DNA of 64,000 nt from positions 124,001 through 188,000 of the IMG/VR virus record IMGVR_UViG_3300035703_000006, one strand, 5' to 3'. Both the position numbers and the translations under genes were made by a program. The notes beneath the pieces are model-generated. The model was not told where the DNA came from and searched no databases. It saw only the letters and a program-made list of their open reading frames with translations. Shown piece by piece: positions 1 through 6,570 of this stretch (position 1 is the stretch's first letter; the number at the start of each line of letters is the position of its first letter).

Positions 1-53
1 GAAATAACGTACTATCCAGTTCCCCCTGGACTTTTACTTACCCTTTAACGAAA

Positions 54-1394
54 ATGACTGCTTCTATTGCACAACGCAATTCTACTACTAATCTCTGGGA
101 ATCTTTTTGCCAGTGGGTTACTTCAACCGATAACCGCCTTTATGTGGGTTGGTTCGGTGTTCTTATGATTCCAACGTTGCTTGCTGCAACGACTTGCTTC
201 ATCATCGCATTCATCGGTGCTCCCCCTGTGGACATTGATGGAATTCGTGAACCCGTTGCTGGTTCACTCATGTACGGAAACAACATCATCTCTGGTGCTG
301 TGATTCCTTCGTCCAACGCAATTGGACTGCACTTTTACCCCATCTGGGAAGCTGCTTCTCTAGATGAATGGCTTTACAATGGTGGACCTTTCCAACTGGT
401 AGTGTTCCACTTCCTCATTGGTATTTACTGCTATATGGGTCGTGAGTGGGAACTTTCATATCGTCTAGGTATGCGTCCTTGGATCATGGTTGCTTACTCT
501 GCACCTGTTGCTGCTGCAAGCGCAGTGTTCCTGGTCTATCCTTTTGGTCAAGGTTCTTTCTCTGATGCAATGCCTCTAGGTATCTCTGGCACCTTTAACT
601 ACATGCTTGTGTTCCAGGCAGAGCACAACATCCTGATGCACCCCTTCCATATGCTTGGAGTTGCTGGTGTGTTTGGTGGTTCTCTGTTCTCTGCTATGCA
701 TGGATCTCTTGTTACCTCCTCACTGGTTCGTGAAACCACTGAGAATGAGTCACAGAACTATGGTTACAAGTTCGGTCAAGAAGAAGAGACTTACAATATT
801 GTTGCTGCTCATGGTTATTTCGGACGCCTTATTTTCCAATACGCTTCCTTCAATAACTCCCGTTCGCTGCACTTCTTCCTCGCTGCCTGGCCTGTTGTCG
901 GTATCTGGTTTACTGCTCTTGGTGTAAGCACTATGGCTTTTAACCTTAATGGATTTAATTTCAACCAGTCTATCGTTGATGGTCAGGGTAAGGTTATTAA
1001 CACTTGGGCTGACGTTCTGAACCGTGCAGGTCTGGGCATGGAAGTGATGCACGAGCGCAACGCTAGATTTGTTGGTGTTGTTGCCTAGTAATAGGCATTA
1101 GAAAAATCGGGTTAAACGGGGAAACTCTCAAGTAGACAATCCCGTACCAAGTCAGAAAGGGTTTAAGTTTTCTGAAAGGTCTAACGACTAGGTAGTGAGT
1201 CCCAACAATAATCTACCCACGAATGCCCGACTCCTTAATAAACATAAGGATGAAGAGATAGTCTGAACTTACTGGCGACAGTAAGAAGTAAAGAATAAAG
1301 AGTCTTTACGATAACACAATTGCACAATTTCCCTCTTGACCTCGCAGCAGCAGAAGCAACACCAGTTGCTCTTACTGCTCCAACCATCGGTTGA
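54..1394 (+). CDS. psbA: Photosystem II D1 protein, spliced: join(54..1064,1323..1394), 360 aa
   Basis: D1 sequence runs to ...[10 protein letters not shown] at 1064. The missing C-terminus [23 protein letters not shown] is encoded at 1323-1394. The 344-aa ORF-track call reads into the intron. Confidence 0.98.
1065..1322 (+). mobile_element. Group I self-splicing intron (IA-like, no internal ORF), 258 nt
   Basis: 5' exon ends in U1064 and the intron ends in G1322. P1 CAACGCU(1058-64)/GGUGUUG(1074-80) with U.G at the splice site. P2 UGCCUA-GUAA-UAGGCA. P3 UCGGG(1107-11)/CCCGA(1226-30). P4 ACGGG/CCCGU. P7 GACUA(1186-90)/UAGUC(1259-63). Extra GGUAG/CUACC stem between P7 and P3. P8 UCCUUA/UAAGGA. 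P9 UUACUG-GCGA-CAGUAA. Confidence 0.96.
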
Positions 1395-1420
1395 GTTTCT
1401 TAAAAACTGAATAATAATCA

Positions 1421-1447
1421 GAGAGACCTTTACGGGTCTCTTTTTTT
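1421..1447 (+). terminator. Intrinsic terminator after psbA
   Basis: agagacc-tttacg-ggtctct hairpin followed by a T run. Confidence 0.85.
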
Positions 1448-1458
1448 GTGGTATAATA

Positions 1459-1466
1459 TATAAATA
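1459..1466 (+). promoter_or_regulatory. T4-type late promoter TATAAATA (with an overlapping TATAAT -10-like element at 1452-1457)
   Basis: Exact TATAAATA 26 nt upstream of the ATG at 1493. Confidence 0.7.
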
Positions 1467-1492
1467 GTTATGGAAAGTTATGAGCAACCTTT

Positions 1493-2098
1493 ATGGATTT
1501 GCACCAACTAGTAATATCTGAATGTGATAGAAGAGGATTGGAACTAATTCATCTTCCTGAAAAACTTGTTCGTCGTTCTACTGATGTGATTGTAAGTTGC
1601 CCTTGCACAGGTCAACGAAATATGAGCATAAGAAACTTTATTGTGACCTATGAAAAAGGTGGTGAAGCATTCTGTTGTAAAAGAAAAGCAAAAATTGGAA
1701 AGAATAATCCAGCATTTGGGAAACCAACTTGGAATGCAGGAACTGTTGGTGTATCAAAGAGTTATGGATTTTTCGGTTTTAAAGAAGAATGGTCTGATAG
1801 AGAAGATTACTTGTATTTTATTGAAACCATTTATGGAACATACAAGATAGGAAGGTCTTTTCATGGAATAAAATATCGTTTTACTGAAACTATAAAAGAA
1901 CTTGGTGAATGGAAAGCAACTCATAAAGAAGTGTTTGATTGTGAGAGATACATTTTGGATGCATATAAGCAGTATCAAAAGAAGATTAGTGGTATAATTG
2001 GAGGGTCGGAGCACTTTACAAAAGAACTGCCGATACAAGAAATCATAGAATATGCAAACCAAAATCTTCAAAAAATGATAGAATACCTAAATACCTAA
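1493..2098 (+). CDS. Putative free-standing homing endonuclease: N-terminal Cys-containing region, NUMOD3-like motif, C-terminal GIY-YIG-like (T5orf172/Seg-type) domain
   Basis: YLYFIETIYGTYKIGRS...E...GGSEHF nuclease-like motifs; KIGKNNPAFGK NUMOD3-like motif; CPC/CCK; sits directly after the intron-containing psbA. Confidence 0.72.
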   Translation: MDLHQLVISECDRRGLELIHLPEKLVRRSTDVIVSCPCTGQRNMSIRNFIVTYEKGGEAFCCKRKAKIGKNNPAFGKPTWNAGTVGVSKSYGFFGFKEEWSDREDYLYFIETIYGTYKIGRSFHGIKYRFTETIKELGEWKATHKEVFDCERYILDAYKQYQKKISGIIGGSEHFTKELPIQEIIEYANQNLQKMIEYLNT

Positions 2099-2112
2099 AA
2101 AGTATTAGTAGA

Positions 2113-2820
2113 ATGGACGCACAGGAACTTCGCAATCTTCAAGAAGCATATAATAAGGTCCATCAACTTGATGAAATTTCTTCTGAACTTGCTAAAAGAG
2201 CAGGAGAAGAGAGGATGAATAGAACTTTTGCTCTTATGCAAAAAGATTGGAAAGAAGGTAGAAAGAAACCATCATTAGAGTTTCAAAAATCTTATAAGAA
2301 ACAACAGGATGACGAAAGAAGATATAGAAGAAAATTAAAAAAAGAACAAGTAGATATTTACGACATCATCCTCTCACATTTTCTTGATGAAGCATCTGGT
2401 GGTATTATAGGTGGAAAAACTTTTTCTTCTGGAAGTTCTCAATTAAAACAAAAACCAAAAAGTTCTTCAAAATTGGGTAGAAAAATTGGTAAATCTTTGA
2501 GTGGTTTTAGTTTCGGTGATGAAAAACCAAAAGATATTGTTAAAAGAACTAGAAATGCTAGTGATAGTGAATTGAATACCTTATCAAGAAGAAGTGATGA
2601 AAAGGAGCCAGGAAAAGGAAGAAGCAGAAGTGGTAGAGAGTTTCAGTTAAAAGTTATTGAAAGAGAGAAGAGAAGAAGAAGTAAAACGAATGAAGAAGTA
2701 GATATTTACGACATCATCCTCTCACATCTTCTTGATGAAAGATATGCTGAAACTCTAGAAGCAGCAGAAGCAATTATGGTGAATATGAGTGAAGAGTGGA
2801 GACAAAGTATTCTTGGTTGA
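2113..2820 (+). CDS. Basic, K/R-rich phage protein with duplicated VDIYDIILSH(F/L)LDE motif
   Basis: 235-aa ORF. Starts MDAQELRNLQEAY and ends ...AETLEAAEAIMVNMSEEWRQSILG, both of the type I recognise from cyanophage hypothetical proteins. Confidence 0.8.
   Translation: MDAQELRNLQEAYNKVHQLDEISSELAKRAGEERMNRTFALMQKDWKEGRKKPSLEFQKSYKKQQDDERRYRRKLKKEQVDIYDIILSHFLDEASGGIIGGKTFSSGSSQLKQKPKSSSKLGRKIGKSLSGFSFGDEKPKDIVKRTRNASDSELNTLSRRSDEKEPGKGRSRSGREFQLKVIEREKRRRSKTNEEVDIYDIILSHLLDERYAETLEAAEAIMVNMSEEWRQSILG
2350..2739 (+). repeat. 42-bp direct repeat (2350-2391 and 2698-2739, 1 mismatch)
   Basis: gtagatatttacgacatcatcctctcacat[t/c]ttcttgatgaa. Confidence 0.95.
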
Positions 2821-2845
2821 TAAAAACTGAATAACTGATATAATT

Positions 2846-2870
2846 AGAGGGTGTAACAACCCTCTTTTTT
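2846..2870 (+). terminator. Intrinsic terminator
   Basis: agagggt-gtaaca-accctct plus T run. Confidence 0.85.
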
Positions 2871-2993
2871 ATGTCTCATAATAATCAACACCATCCCATG
2901 GAATCCTGGATCATCTGGGCAGGAGTAGGTATGATGGCATTTACAGTTCTTGTGTTTGTCTTATTCACTCTCGGGCAGATGTATTGGGGATGA
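2871..2993 (+). CDS. 40-aa single-pass membrane microprotein (not in ORF track)
   Basis: MSHNNQHHPMESWIIWAGVGMMAFTVLVFVLFTLGQMYWG*; one hydrophobic helix; fills the intergenic gap. Confidence 0.65.
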   Translation: MSHNNQHHPMESWIIWAGVGMMAFTVLVFVLFTLGQMYWG

Positions 2994-3027
2994 GTGTATA
3001 ATAATATAAGTATCTTTGGGAATAATT

Positions 3028-3786
3028 ATGAAAAGAAAACCTGACGGAAGTGTTCATATTAGAGTTTTGTCAAATGGAACTGAAGTCGTAACGAAAAAAA
3101 TAGATGGAAAATGGGTACATCAAAAAAAATATCCCAATGGATATGTAGATAAATGGGGAAATTTTTCACAAAGAGGTAGAGGTGATAATAGTCCAGTTAT
3201 TGGAAAATCTGGACCAAGACCAGAACTTCGTGGTTTATGTCACGGAATAGGAATTAATGATGTTCATATTCCATATTTTACTAAAACTAAAATATGGAAA
3301 AAATGGAATGATATGTTAGGTAGATGTTATTCTAGAACCACTCAAAAACAAATTGAAAAAAATGCTCCTTGGGATGGATGTTCTGTTGATTCTCGATGGC
3401 ATAAACTTTCTGCATTTAAAGAATGGGTAGAACAATGGGAAGATTATGAAAATAAAGAATTGGATAAGGATATTTTAATACCTGGAAATAAAATTTATGG
3501 ACCAGATACATGTTTGATGGTTAGACCAGTTGTTAATTTATGGTTTAAACCAAATTCAAGTAAAAATGACCTTCCCAAAGGTGTCTGTATTAATAATAGA
3601 ACTGGTAGACCATATCGTGCTCAAATAACTCCTATCGGGGGAAAAAGAACACATCTTGGTTATTTTGACACTCCAGAAGAAGCATATGAGGTATATCATC
3701 AAAAATGGAAAGAACAAATTTTAGTTTTAATAGAACAAGAAAAAGATGTGATTGTAAAAAATGCTCTAACAAAATATGCTCAATGA
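3028..3786 (+). CDS. HNH-like homing endonuclease with C-terminal AP2-type DNA-binding domain
   Basis: GIGIND...WNDMLGRCYS...GCSVDSRW...ELDKDILIPGNKIYGPDTC; C-terminal LPKGVC...YRAQI...HLGYFDTPEEAYEVY. ATG at 3028 preferred over TTG at 3016. Confidence 0.8.
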   Translation: MKRKPDGSVHIRVLSNGTEVVTKKIDGKWVHQKKYPNGYVDKWGNFSQRGRGDNSPVIGKSGPRPELRGLCHGIGINDVHIPYFTKTKIWKKWNDMLGRCYSRTTQKQIEKNAPWDGCSVDSRWHKLSAFKEWVEQWEDYENKELDKDILIPGNKIYGPDTCLMVRPVVNLWFKPNSSKNDLPKGVCINNRTGRPYRAQITPIGGKRTHLGYFDTPEEAYEVYHQKWKEQILVLIEQEKDVIVKNALTKYAQ

Positions 3787-3799
3787 GCACAAACACTCA

Positions 3800-3834
3800 T
3801 TGACTTCCTTTGTTAACTTATGTTAAGATAAATA
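3800..3834 (+). promoter_or_regulatory. psbD promoter region: TTGACT/TGn-TAAGAT sigma70-like pair plus ATAAATA late-type motif
   Basis: ttgact 3800-05, taagat 3824-29, ataaata 3828-34; SD AGGAGG just upstream of ATG 3855. Confidence 0.55.
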
Positions 3835-3854
3835 TGAGAAACACATAGGAGGTT

Positions 3855-4916
3855 ATGACTTCTTCTACACTTTCACAACCTATTTCACAGAGAGGATGGT
3901 TTGATGTCTTGGATGACTGGCTTAAACGAGATCGCTTTGTCTTTGTGGGTTGGTCTGGATTACTTCTTTTTCCCACTGCTTATTTGGCCCTTGGTGGCTG
4001 GCTTACTGGCACAACGTTTGTTACAAGTTGGTACACCCACGGGTTGGCGAGTTCCTATCTTGAGGGTGCTAATTTCCTCACAGCAGCTGTGTCGACGCCT
4101 GCAGATTCTATGGGTCATTCTCTTCTTCTACTTTGGGGTCCTGAGTCTCAGGGGGATATCATCAGGTGGTTCCAACTTGGGGGACTCTGGACTTTTGTGG
4201 CACTCCATGGGGCCTTTAGTTTAATTGGATTCATGCTTCGCCAGTTTGAAATTGCTAGACTGGTTGGTATTAGACCTTACAATGCCATTGCATTCTCTGG
4301 TCCTATTGCTGTATTTGTATCTGTATTCTTGATGTATCCACTGGGTCAGTCCAGTTGGTTCTTTGCACCATCATTTGGTGTTGCTGCTATCTTCAGGTTC
4401 CTTCTGTTCCTTCAGGGTTTCCACAACTGGACCCTCAACCCCTTCCATATGATGGGAGTTGCTGGTATACTGGGAGGAGCACTGCTTTGTGCGATTCACG
4501 GAGCAACTGTAGAAAATACATTATTTGAAGATGGAAATCAAGCAAACACTTTTAAGGCTTTTGAGCCTACGCAGGAAGAAGAAACTTATTCTATGGTTAC
4601 TGCAAACAGATTCTGGTCACAGATCTTTGGGATTGCTTTTAGTAACAAGCGTTGGCTTCATTTTTTCATGCTATTTGTCCCTGTCATGGGTCTTTGGACT
4701 TCCAGCATTGGTATCATTGGGCTTGCCCTTAATCTTCGTGCTTATGACTTTGTAAGTCAGGAAATTAGAGCAGCAGAAGATCCAGAGTTTGAGACATTTT
4801 ACACAAAAAATGTGCTTCTTAATGAAGGTCTTCGTGCGTGGATAACACCAGTAGACCAACCACATGAGAACTTTGTGTTCCCAGAGGAAGTTCTACCTCG
4901 CGGTAATGCACTTTGA
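3855..4916 (+). CDS. psbD: Photosystem II D2 protein
   Basis: Full-length D2 (…[15 protein letters not shown]…[10 protein letters not shown]), uninterrupted. Confidence 0.99.
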   Translation: MTSSTLSQPISQRGWFDVLDDWLKRDRFVFVGWSGLLLFPTAYLALGGWLTGTTFVTSWYTHGLASSYLEGANFLTAAVSTPADSMGHSLLLLWGPESQGDIIRWFQLGGLWTFVALHGAFSLIGFMLRQFEIARLVGIRPYNAIAFSGPIAVFVSVFLMYPLGQSSWFFAPSFGVAAIFRFLLFLQGFHNWTLNPFHMMGVAGILGGALLCAIHGATVENTLFEDGNQANTFKAFEPTQEEETYSMVTANRFWSQIFGIAFSNKRWLHFFMLFVPVMGLWTSSIGIIGLALNLRAYDFVSQEIRAAEDPEFETFYTKNVLLNEGLRAWITPVDQPHENFVFPEEVLPRGNAL

Positions 4917-4956
4917 TTAAGATATAAGACTTTATCTTATCTCAAAAATAAATAAG

Positions 4957-4981
4957 AGGAGTTCTCTGAACTCCTTTTTTT
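4957..4981 (+). terminator. Intrinsic terminator after psbD
   Basis: aggagttc-tct-gaactcct plus T run. Confidence 0.85.
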
Positions 4982-5056
4982 ATGCTTCTTATCTTAGTTC
5001 TCTTCCAACTTTTTGGAATACTAATGTTTATATTGTCCATCACACAAGATCTCTAA
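4982..5056 (+). CDS. Possible 24-aa hydrophobic peptide
   Basis: MLLILVLFQLFGILMFILSITQDL*; short, and could be chance. Confidence 0.3.
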   Translation: MLLILVLFQLFGILMFILSITQDL

Positions 5057-5081
5057 TACATAGAGAGGTTGCTTTTATTAA

Positions 5082-5243
5082 ATGAAAAACCTAGAACTTT
5101 CTGAAGACCAGATTAAACTTCTGGCAGATGCTCTTTGGATGAGACAAAGATGTTTTATTGCAGGTGACAGAAGATTTAAAGAATATGGAGCAATGTTAGA
5201 TGCACTTTTAGAAGGAATGGAATATACCCCAAAAAGATTCTGA
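5082..5243 (+). CDS. Hypothetical protein, 53 aa (not in ORF track)
   Basis: MKNLELSEDQIKLLADALWMRQRCFIAGDRRFKEYGAMLDALLEGMEYTPKRF*; stop abuts the next ATG. Confidence 0.7.
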   Translation: MKNLELSEDQIKLLADALWMRQRCFIAGDRRFKEYGAMLDALLEGMEYTPKRF

Positions 5244-5245
5244 TT

Positions 5246-5950
5246 ATGACTTACGATACAGTTTTCGTGTCTGATGTTCACCTAGGGACTCCACGATGTA
5301 ATACAGAAAAGTTTCTGAAGTTTCTTAAAGAAATAAAGACCAAAAAATTAGTTTTGGTTGGTGACATCATTGATATTCATTGTTTAGAAAAATATAATAC
5401 TCGTTGGAAAAAAGAACACACCGAATGTGTTCATCAGATTTTAAACCTAGTTAAGAAAGGGACAGAAGTTGTTTATATTCTTGGAAATCATGAGGCACAG
5501 ATTCGTCGTTATGTGAACTTTGAACACAATAACTTTAGAATGTTAGATGAATATACCCACAAGGATTCAAATGGAAATAAATTTCTTTGTGTCCATGGAG
5601 ATAAGTATTCGGAGTATTCTTCTGGATCTTGGAAGCAGTTGGTATTTAATAAAGGATATGAGATTATTACTCCATTGAGTTTTTGGTTGGAACGATTCTT
5701 TCGGTTTTCTTTGGTTTATGCTTTGAAGAATACAGTTCGTGGAAAGAATTATATTAATCAATATGAGACTGATATTGCTTCTTATTGTGCTCAAAGAGAT
5801 AAGAAGTATGATGGTGTGATTTGTGGTCATATTCATCATGGAAACATTCGTAATTTTGGCAAAATCACTTATATGTGTTGTGGTGATTGGTGCGATACCT
5901 GCTCTGCAATTGTGGAAAAGAATGGAATTTATTCTTTAGAAAAGTATTAA
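5246..5950 (+). CDS. Calcineurin-like metallophosphoesterase (LpxH/UDP-2,3-diacylglucosamine hydrolase-like)
   Basis: DVHLG, GDIID, GNHE, HGD and GHIHH motifs in the canonical order. Confidence 0.88.
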   Translation: MTYDTVFVSDVHLGTPRCNTEKFLKFLKEIKTKKLVLVGDIIDIHCLEKYNTRWKKEHTECVHQILNLVKKGTEVVYILGNHEAQIRRYVNFEHNNFRMLDEYTHKDSNGNKFLCVHGDKYSEYSSGSWKQLVFNKGYEIITPLSFWLERFFRFSLVYALKNTVRGKNYINQYETDIASYCAQRDKKYDGVICGHIHHGNIRNFGKITYMCCGDWCDTCSAIVEKNGIYSLEKY

Positions 5951-6072
5951 TGATAAGTTCAGAGACACCTTATAAACTTGCAGAAATAATCAGAGATACT
6001 TGGCCAGGTCTTTACGGAAAACCCGAAGTGCCTTATAATAAAGAAAAGGAAACTAAAAATGAAAAAGTATAA
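5950..6072 (+). CDS. Small conserved-type cyanophage protein, 40 aa
   Basis: MISSETPYKLAEIIRDTWPGLYGK...; TAATG stop/start overlap with the upstream gene. Confidence 0.65.
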   Translation: MISSETPYKLAEIIRDTWPGLYGKPEVPYNKEKETKNEKV

Positions 6073-6370
6073 TGAAGAATATTTTTCAGTCATTGAAATT
6101 AAGACTGGAAGAAAAATAGTAGATTGCGGAGATGAAATGGATGCTTTAGTGATGGTTTCTTTTGATCCACAGAATAGAACAATCACTAGAAATAAATTTT
6201 TAATGGGTCCTGTAGTTGATATTGAAATACCGAAAGCACTACCTACAAATGAAATTGTAATTGATACTAGATTATATCAAGAACACCAAGATAATTGGAT
6301 GGTGAAAAAGATCAATGAATTGCCACAAATCAAACTTCCTGATAGACAAGCAGAACCTGTGAGAATATGA
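6059..6370 (+). CDS. Hypothetical protein
   Basis: 103-aa ORF overlapping its neighbours in operon fashion. Confidence 0.75.
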   Translation: MKKYNEEYFSVIEIKTGRKIVDCGDEMDALVMVSFDPQNRTITRNKFLMGPVVDIEIPKALPTNEIVIDTRLYQEHQDNWMVKKINELPQIKLPDRQAEPVRI

Positions 6371-6570
6371 ATCACAGAAAAAGAAAACAATCAGAGAATC
6401 AAAAAAAGAAAAGAATGTATACTCCAGAAGGATACATTGCGGATCCTCCAGATGCTAAGTGCCCTTACTGCGGGAAAAAACAAAAACCTTGTTCTCATGT
6501 GAATAGTCTAAGTCGTGCTTGGGCAAGGGGTGCTTGTGCCCATAAATACAAGAAAAAAGACGATAATTAA
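6367..6570 (+). CDS. Small basic Cys-motif (zinc-ribbon-like) protein
   Basis: CPYC...C.H...C; ATGA overlap with the upstream gene. Confidence 0.7.
   Translation: MNHRKRKQSENQKKKRMYTPEGYIADPPDAKCPYCGKKQKPCSHVNSLSRAWARGACAHKYKKKDDN

Noticed and set aside
54-1088. 344-aa ORF as the complete psbA product
   Set aside because: It ends RFVGVVA instead of HNFPLDLA; the true C-terminus is in exon 2 after the intron.
655-4865. Alternative-frame and antisense ORFs inside psbA and psbD
   Set aside because: They overlap highly conserved genes, have no motifs, and are expected from codon bias.
1-5250. hli (high-light-inducible) gene near psbA/psbD
   Set aside because: None of the small ORFs has the ExxNGRxAMxG motif.
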